Source: Rebecca billardiae RCC1528
Lineage: Eukaryota; Protista; Haptophyta
Reading direction: 5' to 3'
DNA: 64,000 nucleotides
Assembly (NCBI GenBank): GCA_965240325.2
Contig: OZ251226.1
Span: 2,356,001 to 2,420,000 of the forward strand
Shown here: positions 41,908 to 52,854 of the stretch, piece by piece
Layout: every line of letters starts with the position of its first letter
Position numbering within the stretch: position 1 is the stretch's first letter
Program-made: the position numbers and the translations under genes
The notes under the pieces: generated by a model
What the model was told of the DNA's origin: nothing
The model's database searches: none
Seen by the model: the letters and a program-made list of their open reading frames with translations, nothing else

Positions 41908-43614
41908 ATGGCGGTCAGCTTGGCGGCGGCCGTGCTCGCGGCGGCCGCGCTTGCGTCACCACCATCGCGCGCGACGAAGCTCGCGCCGGGCACCTCCGTC
42001 TCCGCTTGGCATCGCCCCTTGTCCTTCTCCCCTGCCTGGAGGGCGGGATCGCACCGACGACCTGCCCAGCGGTCGCTGTGGCGTGAGCGGCAGAGCGCAT
42101 GCAAAGCCGTGCTGATGTGTGCAGGGCATTCGGAGCGGCTGCACGACCCGTTTGTCGAGCGCCTGTCGCCTCCAAGGCAGGTGGGTGGCGCACAAGACGG
42201 CGCGCCCCTCTCCGGCCTCCGCTTTGCGTGCAAGGCCAACATGGACGTCGTCGGCCTGCGCACGGGAAACGGCTCGCCCGACTGGCGCGCAAGCCACAGG
42301 CCAGCTTTCAGGCAGGCGGAGTGCGTGAGCGTGCTGCTCCGCACGGGCGCAGCGCTGGTGGGCGTGGCGCACATGGACGAGCTCGCCTTCTCCATCGCGG
42401 GCGAGAACGCGCACTACGGCGCGCTGGACAACCCGCGCGCGCCGGGGCACGCGGTAGGGGGCTCCTCATCGGGCGCCGCAGTCGCCGTCGCGTGCGGCGA
42501 GGTGGACTTCGCCCTTGGCACGGACACGTGCGGCTCGGTGCGCGTGCCCGCCTCGCACTGCGGGGTGTGGGGTCTGAGGCCAACCCACGGCGCCATCCCG
42601 CTCGACGGCGTGTGCCCACTCGCGCCCTCCTTCGACACTGTGGGTATCCTGGCGCGCAACGGCACCACCCTCATGGCTGCGAGCAGCGTGCTCCTGGCGT
42701 CGCCGGCTGGGCCTCCAGCTGCGCCACCCGCGACGACCGCCGTGCTTCTTGCGGAAGACGCCATACGCCTGTACTCATACGCCGAGGTGGGTGAGCTAGA
42801 CGCTGAGGCGCGAGCGCGCGCAGAGTCAGACGCGGCGGCGCACTTCCGCACGGCCGCTGCCTCGCTTTGCACCGCGCCAAGCAGTGGCGGCGGCCCGGCG
42901 CCCGACGCTCTTGCGGTGGAATTGGGCGACGCGATGCTCGAACGCGCCGGCCCGGCGCTCGCCCGGTACGTGCCCACGACGCTCGACGGCGAGAGCGGGG
43001 CGGCTGCGTCACGGGAGGGGCAGCCCGCTGCGAGCGACGGCCTGCGCGCGCTGGAAGCACTCTCGCGCGCGCTCTTTGCCAACGAGGCTGCGGACGCGCT
43101 CGGGCCGTGGGCAGCAGAGTTCAGCGACACGTGCGGCCGAGATCCGGATCTGGGCGAGGATGTGGGCGCGCGGCTGCGCTGGGCGATCTCACAGGCTCGC
43201 GTGGAGGAGGCTGGGCGCGAGGCGCGCGAGGCGGTAGCAAGCGCGTTGGACGAGCTGCTTGCCTCGGCCGAAGCTGAGGCCGCCGGCGAGGCTGGTGGCA
43301 CCCGCCTCGGCATCCTGTGCATGCCCGCCGCGTGCTCGCCGCCGCCTCGGCCAGGCGTCGCCAGCGGCGCGCAGTATCGGGAGCGCGCGTTCGCACTGTC
43401 AGCGCTCGCGAGCCTGGCAGGATGCCCGCAGCTGGTTGTGCCCGTGGGAACCTGCGAGCACACGGGGCTGCCGCTGGCGGTATCATTCGTCGCGCGGCCT
43501 GGGCGTGACCGAGAGCTGCTGCAGCACTGCGTGTCATCGTTCATGGCAGGCCCGGCGCCGCCGGACAGCCCTGCCGGGCGAGCTGCGGCGGAGTCGGCAC
43601 CGCCATCAAGCTGA
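41908..43614 (+). CDS. Amidase signature family protein (AMI1/Toc64-amidase-like), copy 1
   Basis: FACK, MDELAFSIAGENAHYG, GGSSSG, GTDTCGSVRVPASHCG. N-terminal signal-like segment. Confidence 0.9.
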   Translation: MAVSLAAAVLAAAALASPPSRATKLAPGTSVSAWHRPLSFSPAWRAGSHRRPAQRSLWRERQSACKAVLMCAGHSERLHDPFVERLSPPRQVGGAQDGAPLSGLRFACKANMDVVGLRTGNGSPDWRASHRPAFRQAECVSVLLRTGAALVGVAHMDELAFSIAGENAHYGALDNPRAPGHAVGGSSSGAAVAVACGEVDFALGTDTCGSVRVPASHCGVWGLRPTHGAIPLDGVCPLAPSFDTVGILARNGTTLMAASSVLLASPAGPPAAPPATTAVLLAEDAIRLYSYAEVGELDAEARARAESDAAAHFRTAAASLCTAPSSGGGPAPDALAVELGDAMLERAGPALARYVPTTLDGESGAAASREGQPAASDGLRALEALSRALFANEAADALGPWAAEFSDTCGRDPDLGEDVGARLRWAISQARVEEAGREAREAVASALDELLASAEAEAAGEAGGTRLGILCMPAACSPPPRPGVASGAQYRERAFALSALASLAGCPQLVVPVGTCEHTGLPLAVSFVARPGRDRELLQHCVSSFMAGPAPPDSPAGRAAAESAPPSS

Positions 43615-43624
43615 CACCGATCGA

Positions 43625-43626
<2 letters not shown>

Positions 43627-43662
<36 letters not shown>
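43627..43662. repeat. (AT)n microsatellite, about 18 units here versus about 20 in the duplicate at 54574-54613
   Basis: Counted directly. Explains the offset change from 10947 to 10951. Confidence 0.85.
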
Positions 43663-43666
<4 letters not shown>

Positions 43667-44398
43667 TATAACTACTGAATATAGCTAAGCTACCGTGATT
43701 CCTGACGCGCGACTAGGTGACTGCTACAGTTTACTAAGAATAAGAGACGCACACAGCTCAGGCAGGCGCCGCAGCTGGCAGATCGATCATCGCAGCCTCG
43801 TGCCCGTGGCGGCGTTAATTGTCCGCCATAACGGCGGCGTCTGATGAGGTAGTGGTCCGAGAGCGGTAGTCGGACGGTCCCGAGCGTTCATAACGACGGT
43901 GGCTGCTCAGCAGTACCGGTCACTGAGAACTACTCACTAGTCACTCAGCATCCGAAGCTGGACCGCAGACCGTGACTGCCGGCGCGGTACTCTGACAGAC
44001 AGCAGAGTAGTTAGTCGCGGACGACTCTCAGAATATGACTACAGTCGTATGAGGACGCAGTGAGCACGGGGACCCGATAAAGTAAGGGAGTACTACCGAC
44101 CCGGCGGGCCGCGGGCCGATCGGTCCGAGAGAGTCAGAGTCAGAGTGAGTGCCCGGACCGTCACTCGTCATCGGACCCGCCCGGCGGGCGGGCCGGTGAC
44201 ACGCAGTGCAGCCAACCTGCCCCTGGTCCCGGGGGCGGCCCGCCTACGGCCAGGGATGAGGGCTACTGTTACACTCACTGCCTACTGAGTACTACTATTT
44301 GCCGCGTCGGAGAGTCGAGGCCCCGTAACTTTCCCGCTGACCGGGATTCTCGTGGCCGATCCTCAGCAATCAGCATTCTGCCATTGATGACGCAAAGA

Positions 44399-45067
44399 TC
44401 ACACGGCCATGGCGCCGACTACAATCGGGGTCACGATGGCTGCTGTCGCGGCTGTCGCGGCTGTGCCGATCACGATCCCCATCTTTGCCTGGTTCCAGTA
44501 GTGGAAGCGCTTGGCCTGTGTCGTGACCTTCTTGAACTCCTTTGCTGCTCGGCTCATCTCAGCCGCCTTGTCCTCGAGCTCGCTGACACGGTTCTGCTGC
44601 GCGAGCATCGACTCGATGTTCTCGTGCATGATTTCCTTCACCTCGTCCACTCTTTGCGTGACCAGGGCCAGCTTGCCCTGCGAGTTGGCCTGCTCCATGC
44701 GCTGTTCGAGAGTGGTGCCAAAACCAGCCTGGATGGCAAGGTGTGTGCGCGTGTCGACAAGCGGGTCGTCGACGAGCGGGCGCACGAGCAGCGCGAGCTT
44801 CTCGAGGTATCCCTTGACCAATTGTGCCGGGGAATCGGGCGTCGCCACCGCCAGTACGACCACCACAGACGAATCCTCAAGGTGCATCGGGAGCGACGTC
44901 AGCTTCAGCGGGGACGATCGCTCGGAGACAAAATCCCACCCTGGCGCGGGCTTGCGCGCCCTCGCCTTCGCCACAAGCTTTTGCACCTGTGCCACGGACA
45001 CGTTCTCGTTCGCGTAGCCCTCGCACAGCAAGACGCTGTCGCGGTAGACTGCTGCGTAGTACAGCAT
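44399..45067 (-). CDS. Longin R-SNARE (VAMP7-like), copy 1
   Basis: Longin-like N-terminus MLYYAAVYRDSVLLCE, SNARE motif VDEVKEIMHENIE...ELEDKAAEM...F, C-terminal TM helix. Confidence 0.88.
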   Translation of the reverse strand: MLYYAAVYRDSVLLCEGYANENVSVAQVQKLVAKARARKPAPGWDFVSERSSPLKLTSLPMHLEDSSVVVVLAVATPDSPAQLVKGYLEKLALLVRPLVDDPLVDTRTHLAIQAGFGTTLEQRMEQANSQGKLALVTQRVDEVKEIMHENIESMLAQQNRVSELEDKAAEMSRAAKEFKKVTTQAKRFHYWNQAKMGIVIGTAATAATAAIVTPIVVGAMAV

Positions 45068-45696
45068 GAGGACAGCCCCCTCCCGCCGCGACGCGTTGGG
45101 CCTTGAGGAGGGTGGCGCCTGGCGGCAAATTTCCTTGCAACTTCCAAAAACCCCTTGTTCCAACTTCCAACTGACGGGAAGACAGTGAGGAGCCTGGCCG
45201 ATACACACCCTTACCGCTCTGCGCATGGGGAACCCATGCTCGCAGAGCGGCCGGGGCGAATCTCAGGGGCCTGAGGCGGTCCCGGACGCGCGCCCCGCGG
45301 CCACGCCTGAGGGTGCGGGCGGGCTCTTCGATCATGTTGGTGAGCTCTCCGCCATCGGGGCGCGCTTCATTGCGCCGCCTCGCCTCGCGTACGGCGTTCC
45401 CGTCGTGCTCGCACTGACAAGGCTGAGCAGAGCGTAGAGTGCCATCATGATTGCATTCGGTTCCAACTTACTCGCCAGCCACTTCCAGCCAGGTGCGCGC
45501 GGCTTGGGAGTAGACGATTAGTTCCGTGTGCCCGGGCTCGTCGTGACACCGGCATGCCGATCCCTCCCCAGCCGAGATGTCAGAGCGCGTGCGCACAGGC
45601 AGTCACAGGCAGTGCGCACTGGTAGCCAAGTGGACGCGTGTGAGCGACGACAAGCCACGACGAGAAAACGGCCGCATCCAACCTTCTCACATACCA

Positions 45697-47886
45697 CTAG
45701 ACCACCGCGCAGAATGCGTCTGAGCCCGCCCATTCCCGCCCATAACGAGTTACAGCGGCTCGATTGTGAGGCGGGTGCAAAGGCGGCGGGTGAAAGCGAG
45801 CCCCGCGCGGGCGGCGAGAGAGACGCGCGTGCATAGACCTGATGCGGGAGTGCCCGAACAACGTGAAGGTGCGTCCATCTTCCAAGCGCGCGACCGGTCC
45901 GACACCGCGCCACGCCAAACGAGCACCACGCGAGATGTACCACGCGACCTCGCCGGCCGCGGGCTGGCCGTCAGGCGCGGCGGGCCCCGCGCCATCACCT
46001 CCCGGCGCGTCCGCGGCGCCGCCGCCACGACCGACCCGCCCGTCCTCCTCCACCATCTCGGTCAGCCGGCGCGCGGACAGGTTGAGGAGCGCGCGCCCGT
46101 CCGTGCCGGGCGGCAGCACGACCTGCGAGAAGCGGCCGCCGTGCGCGTTGGCGATCCACGCGCGCACGTGCTCGGCCGTCCACTTGTGCACGGGGAGCCG
46201 CTCGTACGCGAACTCGTCGTCGGCCTCGCCACCGCGTCGCCGCCGGCGCATCGGCACGTCGAGCACGACCGCGTGCGCAGGCGGCGCGACCACATCCTCG
46301 CGCGCGCCGTCCGTCTTGTCCGCCGCGCCGGCTGATCGCTTGACGCCGCCTGCGCGGCCGCCCGGCGGCAGCGGCTGCGCCGCCTCGTCGAGGCCGAGGT
46401 GCGGGGCCATCATCGTGGTGTAGTCGAGCGTGTTCAGCGTGTGCAGCACGTCCGCCGAGCCCGGCGCCACCGCGGCGATGATCGCGGTCCGGTGCTGCGG
46501 GTCCACGAAGCACTGCTGAAGCACGCGAGTGAGCGCGGACGCGCGGAACGGGACGCGCACGCCCGCGCCGCCGGAGCCGGCGGGGCCGGCGTCGGCGGGT
46601 TCGGCGTCGGCGACGTTGGCCGCGGGCGCGCCGAGCTCGTTGAGCGCGCGCGGCGCGCCGCGCTCGCGCGCGAGTGCGTGCGCGCGCGCCGCCTGGCGGA
46701 AGCACTCCTTGAGGCTGAACAGCGCGTGGTTGATGGCGGCCGACTCGCGGTGGTCTGCAGCCGTCATCTGGTGCGTCTCGTAGTTGCGCTCCGAGCCGGC
46801 GAGGTCGACGAGGCGGAGCGTGCGCCCGGTGGGCGCGAGCTCGAGCACGCACACCGCGTGCGAGCGCGACGAGAGCGCGTTGCGCTCCGTCGCCGCCGTC
46901 TTGCGCAGCGCGAGACCGTCGGCGAGGGCGCCCAGCAGCTCCTCGCGCGAGCGCGCGTCGCGCCGCGTCGCGCCGCGCGCGTGCGTGATCCCAGCGCCGT
47001 CCGAGCAGAGGCGCACGGGCGCGCGGGCGTTGAGGAGGTCGTACGCCCCGCCGCCCGCGCGCTCGCGCCCGCTCACCTCGAAGAAGGTGACGCGCACGCC
47101 CGTCGGCCGCTGCGCGCGCCCGCCCCGGTCGCACGCGTCGTCGGCGCCGTCAGCGCCAGTGTCGGGCAGCTGCTGTGCGATGGAGCGGAGCAAGCCCATG
47201 AGCGTGTGCGTCTTGCCCGCGCCGGTCTGGCCGTAGAGCAGCAGCGTCGCGTCGCCCACTCCCGCCATCGCACGCTCGAGCAGCGGCCTCGCCGCCAGAT
47301 CGAACACGGCCGACTCCGGCGCGTGCGGCGGCCAAACGCCGTCGGCCGCGTAAAACTTGTGCGTCATCGTCAGCCGCGTGCCCGAGCGGGCGAGGCGGCC
47401 GTCGTGCACGACGAGCGCGCGGGACATGCGATCTCCCATGTCAAGCGCGGCGTACTCCCCCGCCTTCGCCTCGTGCGGCAGCAGCGGGCGCACGCGCACG
47501 AAGACGCGAAAGGGCGCGAGCGCGTGCTCCTTGGCGTGCGCGCGCAGCGCGCCGACGCGCGTGTGCTCGCGGGCGACGATGGTGGGCACGAGGGCGCCCT
47601 GGCCGGGCATAGCCTCGTCAACGATCATCGCGAGCAGGTCCGCGGACAGCTTCGGCAGCATGCCCGGCGCCGGGAGCTGCTGGCCGCGCACGAGCGCGCG
47701 CACGACGTAAAAGTCCGCCTGCGCATCGAGGATGGCCGGCCGGTAGATCTGCGTGGCCTCGCGCACGGAGAAATGCTGCCGCGCGTCGATGTTGGCACCC
47801 CGCCATGCTGCTTCCTGCGCGGCACGCGCCTCCGCGTTCCGCGGCGCGTCCTCGCCGAGCTCAAAGTCCACCTCGTCGCGCTGCAT
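45697..47886 (-). CDS. Kinesin copy 2 with chimeric C-terminus created by the duplication junction
   Basis: Identical to copy 1 up to VAWYIS, then reads into unrelated sequence (RGARLAW...). Confidence 0.8.
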   Translation of the reverse strand: MQRDEVDFELGEDAPRNAEARAAQEAAWRGANIDARQHFSVREATQIYRPAILDAQADFYVVRALVRGQQLPAPGMLPKLSADLLAMIVDEAMPGQGALVPTIVAREHTRVGALRAHAKEHALAPFRVFVRVRPLLPHEAKAGEYAALDMGDRMSRALVVHDGRLARSGTRLTMTHKFYAADGVWPPHAPESAVFDLAARPLLERAMAGVGDATLLLYGQTGAGKTHTLMGLLRSIAQQLPDTGADGADDACDRGGRAQRPTGVRVTFFEVSGRERAGGGAYDLLNARAPVRLCSDGAGITHARGATRRDARSREELLGALADGLALRKTAATERNALSSRSHAVCVLELAPTGRTLRLVDLAGSERNYETHQMTAADHRESAAINHALFSLKECFRQAARAHALARERGAPRALNELGAPAANVADAEPADAGPAGSGGAGVRVPFRASALTRVLQQCFVDPQHRTAIIAAVAPGSADVLHTLNTLDYTTMMAPHLGLDEAAQPLPPGGRAGGVKRSAGAADKTDGAREDVVAPPAHAVVLDVPMRRRRRGGEADDEFAYERLPVHKWTAEHVRAWIANAHGGRFSQVVLPPGTDGRALLNLSARRLTEMVEEDGRVGRGGGAADAPGGDGAGPAAPDGQPAAGEVAWYISRGARLAWRGVGPVARLEDGRTFTLFGHSRIRSMHARLSRRPRGARFHPPPLHPPHNRAAVTRYGREWAGSDAFCAVV

Positions 47887-49096
47887 CGCGTGCACCCACG
47901 CCCACCTTGAACGAATGAACGCAGCTTCAAACCGCCCTGTCCAGCGCGACAATTCCCTGGCGCCGGGACCGCGAAATGGCGGCCGACGCCCGAAAGGCGG
48001 GCCGAAACGCTCTTTTCGCCGGGGTCCGGGCGCACGCCGACACTTTCCGCAGAACTACTTTATTCCGCCAAGTGTTCTCGCCGCTCACTGACCTAGTAGT
48101 AGTACTCACTCCAGTCATGCACCAGTTGTGTCTGTTGATCACAGATCAGTCTGTGACTGAGTACTCACTGACCACTCCAATGACTCCATCTCCATAGGGC
48201 TGACCGCTGAGTCTTATAGGACACTGATAGTCTGTCTGACTGCTACGGAGTACGGTAATCACCGGAGTCGGTCACTCCGCGCCGGCGTCGTCCGCGTAAG
48301 AGCGCGTTGGCCGTAGCGGTATCGCTGGCGGCCGACGCATCCGAGCCTGAATATGCCAGTCAGTCAGGCTTTCGGTGGGCGCTTGCTCGGCCGCTCGGTC
48401 CCGGCGCAAACGACAGCCACTGGCACTGACTCTGAGCCCAACTCCCAACTCCCATCGGTGCCGGGTGCGGCCGTGCGGCCGCTGCTTGTCACTACTGTCT
48501 ACTCACCAGACAGCAGACTCCAGACAGAGAGTCGGTCCAGAGTCCAGACGCCAGCTGGCTATGAATAGCGGCAATGCTGCCGACCGCGGAGGCAGGCCTT
48601 TAGATTTTTTTCGACATAGTCTTTAGCAGAAGCCTAGCTTAGCTGCGGAAGCTAGCAGCGGGCCTCGGAAGCTGGCAGCAGAGCTGCCCCGTCAGCCTGT
48701 GGCCGTCATTACGGATTACCGTCATAGCCGTGCGGGCCGCGGCGAATACGGAAAAATCGGGCCGGCCTCAATGACAATGGGCCGTGACGGACGACGCAGA
48801 CCGATGACGGCGACGCCACCGACGGTCCCGGTGCCCGGGACGCGGGACTTTCGGACTTCGGTGCGTCGCCGCCGCTGCTGTCGGCTGTGCGGACTGACTC
48901 AGACTGTCCTAGTACTCCTAGTGCGGTGTGCCAGTGTCTAACTCTAAAACACGACGCTGTCAGTGTCACTGATCTGTATGTAAGTGACTTACACTAAGCA
49001 GACAGCGCATCAGTGACTCATTTTCAGTGCAGACTCAGTAAGTCACTCCGGATCTAGCTCGGACGATGACTCAGTCAGTCATGAAGCCTCTGACCA

Positions 49097-51402
49097 TCAT
49101 CGATCATGATGCGTGGACGTGGTCGTTGGCGACTGCTGGCGGCCTCGAGCAGCAATCAGCGCCCGTGCCTCCGCCTCCGCAGCCAGGGTCACCCGCGCCT
49201 CAGCCTCACCCGCTGCAGCCTGCGCCGCCCGTGCCTGCTCGCCCTCGCAGTTGCGCACCATGTCACGGCCCAGCGGCGGCGGCGGCGGCTGCATTGGCGG
49301 CACGGGCGGTGAGTGCGACGGCGCCAAATAGTGCGAGCGCAGCGAGGCAGGGTCCGCGTAGAAGGCGGCGCACGGCGAGGTCAAGGCGTCGCGGTCACAC
49401 CCGCCGCCCGCGCCTGCGTGCCCTGCCTTGCCCATCGCGCGCGCGAACTCGCGATACTCGATCTTCCCATCGCGGTTGGTGTCGAGCTCCTGGAAGAGCG
49501 CCGCGAGCTCGGACGGGCGCTCGATGCGCGCCGCGGGCTCGGGCGCGGCGGCGGCGTCGGCTCTGCCGCGCTCCGCCGAGTTGTACACTGGACTGTGCGC
49601 GAGGTGGTAGGGCACGTGGCCCCGGCCGTGGCCTGACGGCGGCGGCGGCGAGTGCGGCTGGCCGTACGAGGCGCCCATCCCCGGCGCCGCCGGGTGCGCG
49701 TGCGGCGGAGCGCTACCCGCGCTCGCCGCGTGGTGTCGAGGCTCGGGCGCCGCGTGCGCGAACTCGCCGGCTGCCATCGGCGCGTGCGGCTGCTCGTACT
49801 GGCAGCGATAGGAGTGCTGCAGCGGCTGATGCGAGGGGCGCGCGGCTGCGGCGCCGGGCGGCGTGCCCGCGTGCGCAGGCTGCGGCGGGTGATGGTGCGC
49901 GCCCGGGTGATGGCGCGCGCCACCGCCCACCGCATCGTACGCGGCGTGCACCGGAGGGCCGCCGCCCTGCTCCGTCCCGTACCCCACCGCGGCATCGCGC
50001 GGGAGCTCCGCCCACGACGGCAGCTGGCCCACCGCCGAACCGTACCGGCTGGGGCCGTCGGGCGGAGCGCCGCCGGCGTACATCTCGGCGGTGTGGTGCA
50101 GCGCCCGCCACGTGTCCACGAGCGCGAGCTCGCCGTCGGAGAGGAGCAGGCTGGGCAGCGTGCTCCGCTTCGGCCCCGTGTGCGGGCTCTTGCCCCTCTC
50201 CACCTTGCTCCACGCGGTGCTCGCGGCTGACGACCACGCGTGCGCCTGGGAGCTGTCGCGCTCGCGCGGCGGTGACGGCGCCGGCCGCGGGCCGTCCGCG
50301 GCGGAGAGCTCGCCACGCCGCAGCATGTTGATCTCGCGGAACTCTGCGGTGCTCAGCGCCACGTTGTGCACACGCGGCGCGCGCGTGCGCACCGGGTTCC
50401 TCGGGTCAGTGCGGCCGAGCGTGCGCTGAGCGGCGGCCATGCCGCTCGCACGCGGCGTGAGCACATCAGGGACCGTGTACGATGGCAGGGCGGCCGGTCC
50501 GGCAGCGCTGCCTGCTGGCAGGCGCGACGGATCCGGCGGAAGCTGCGGCGGGCTCGACGCCGCGCCGCGCCTGGGCGGTGGCGGCGGCGGCGGCGAGCGC
50601 GCGCTGCGTGCCGCCGGCGCCGGAGCCGCGTGCGCTGCCGCTCGGCCGCCGCCGCCACCGTCGCAACGTGGCGGAGGGCCGAGCCCCAGCTGGCCTGACC
50701 CCACCGCCGCGCCGCCGTGCGCGGCCGCCGTGGGCTGCCACGCGGGCGCTGGGGGCGCGGACTGGCGCGGGCTCAGCTGTCGCAGCATGTGCTCCCGCGG
50801 CGGCGAAAACTCGGCGACGCCCGGGTGCGGTCTCCCGCTGCTCGGTGGCGGCGGCGACTGCGGCCGGCTCGCGCGCGCAGGCGGTGCCGCCGGCATCAGC
50901 GGCGGCGCGTGTGGCTGCTCGTCCGAAGGGGGCCACGTCCTCGGGGGCGATGGAGGCGCTGGGCGCTGTGCCCACGACGCCCCCTCGGTGCTGGCACCCA
51001 CACTCTCTGGCGGCATCGCGGACAAGTGCTGATGGCCGTGCGCGCCTGCCTCCCATGCTCGGAGCCGCCACTGCGCGCGAGGCGAAGGTGCGGCGGGTGG
51101 GAGGAGGGGATGCGCCAGTGGGATTGCAGTGGTCAGTGGCAACCGCGCCAGGCACATCGCGTGGCCGGGAGGTTGGCATGTCGCCGGCACGCCTTTGCGC
51201 GCACCTCGGACGATTCGACGTCGATGAGTCTGCGCTCCATCTCCTGGAGCCGATGCTGCCACTGCGCGAGCGACAGCTCAAGCTCGGAGAGCCGCAGGGC
51301 TTCCAGCGCATTCTGCCGACGCTCCTCCGCGGCGGACACCCTCGCCTCAGATGCCATCGGAGACGCGGCTTCGTATTCGCGATAGTAGCCGGCCGACTCC
51401 AT
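49097..51402 (-). CDS. Pro/His-rich EF-hand protein, copy 2
   Basis: Duplicate of 38150-40455. Confidence 0.65.
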
Positions 51403-52058
51403 CGCCCAGCACGATTTGAAATGCCGCCCGGAGTTCATCCGTCCGAGTTCCATAAAATGGTCTCGGCAGATTTTTTTCGGAGAAAACTCCGTTTATTACA
51501 CATTTGATGGTCCTTTGTTTACACGCCGCCTCGGTAGGCTGTCCGACTCTACACTGCCCCCGTAGCCAGCGGAGGGGGGCCGGACAGGCTACCGCCTCGG
51601 AGGTGCGGCAACGCCCCTCCCGGCCTGCCTGCGCCGGTCTGTCTTGTGGCGGTGTCTTTGTGCAGTGTTGGATGGCGTCAATGGGACCACCCCACAGTGA
51701 GTTGGGCTTGTATGCTGTTGGCAATGGCATACCCCCCCCCCCCCCCCCCCCCCCCCCCCTGGAGGCGAGCTGTCCACAGTGGAGTGGTGTCAAGGCACTA
51801 CAGTAGCCGCACTAGGTGTCTCGGTCAGTGTTTTGAGGTTGGGTGTCGAGCGGGAGTGGTGCCGGTTCATTCAGGTTGTGGGCTGGCCAGGGACAGGGTA
51901 GGGCTGGAGGCTTCGGCCGCCAGTCTGATCACCCGGAGCCCGTTATATAAAGCAGGGGAATTTATTATTAATCACGCCTTAACCGTAACGATCAAGTGTA
52001 ACGCACCTTAAAACATAGTAAACTGTATGACTGTATCGAATTGTCGGCGAAACATATT

Positions 52059-52814
52059 TCATTGCAGGCTGAAAAGTGCCACGCTCACACGTCGCTCGAC
52101 GTCCTCGTCCATGGACACCGCGTGGCCGCGGAAAACACGGTCCTGATGACGCTCCTCGAAGGGCAAGCCGAGCGTCTTGAGCTCCTCGACGAGCGTACGC
52201 CGGGCGATGTTGACAGAGTCCACGACAAGCACCTGAATGTTGCGCTCGTGTGCCTCTGCACACCTGCGGGCGAGCGCGCGGGCCACCTGCTCATTGTAGC
52301 ACACGTCGGCGGCGAGGAGGCAGTCGACGGCCGGGAGCTCCTCCGCGCCGCACAGGTCGAAGACGGCCGTCTCAACGGCGTCAAGCCCTTGCGCTTGCGC
52401 AGCTCTGTCGACGAGCTCCAGTGGCGCAGGGTTGTTGTCGGTCGCAATCACCCGGCTGGCCCCACGTGCTGCGGCAGTCAGCGAGACCAGCCCTGTGCCA
52501 CACCCGACTTCCATGAAGGTGCGATCGGCGCAGGGAAGCGCCGGCTGCCCCAGCTCGTCCGCGATCACGGTCGCTGCCGGCCACAGCACCAGGCCAAACG
52601 GGTCGAGCACATCGTCGTTCAGACTCCACGCAGACACGAGGTCGGACGTCCTCTGCACTTCGATGACATACGGCTGCGCCTCACCGGCGTGGTGCGTGCG
52701 CACGGCTCGGCCGCCGAGCACCGAGGCACCGCCGCTGGCTCTCGGGCCGGACCCTCGAGGTTGGATAGCTGTACCGTGGGCGAGAGCCACCAGCAGAATC
52801 ATGGACGACGCCAT
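52059..52814 (-). CDS. Protein methyltransferase, copy 2
   Basis: Duplicate of 41112-41867. Confidence 0.85.
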   Translation of the reverse strand: MASSMILLVALAHGTAIQPRGSGPRASGGASVLGGRAVRTHHAGEAQPYVIEVQRTSDLVSAWSLNDDVLDPFGLVLWPAATVIADELGQPALPCADRTFMEVGCGTGLVSLTAAARGASRVIATDNNPAPLELVDRAAQAQGLDAVETAVFDLCGAEELPAVDCLLAADVCYNEQVARALARRCAEAHERNIQVLVVDSVNIARRTLVEELKTLGLPFEERHQDRVFRGHAVSMDEDVERRVSVALFSLQ

Positions 52815-52854
52815 CGTGCCAAAGAAAATTATTATCACGATTCGGAGAGGAATC

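Noticed and set aside
43841-43870. CTGATGAG as a possible hammerhead ribozyme core
   Set aside because: No stem II followed by GAAA (it reads GAGA), and no convincing flanking stems.
45225-45836. Possible spliced gene beginning MGNPCSQS (acylation-like N-terminus), also at 56176
   Set aside because: Plausible splice sites exist, but the joined product has no recognisable features, so it is unsupported without RNA data.
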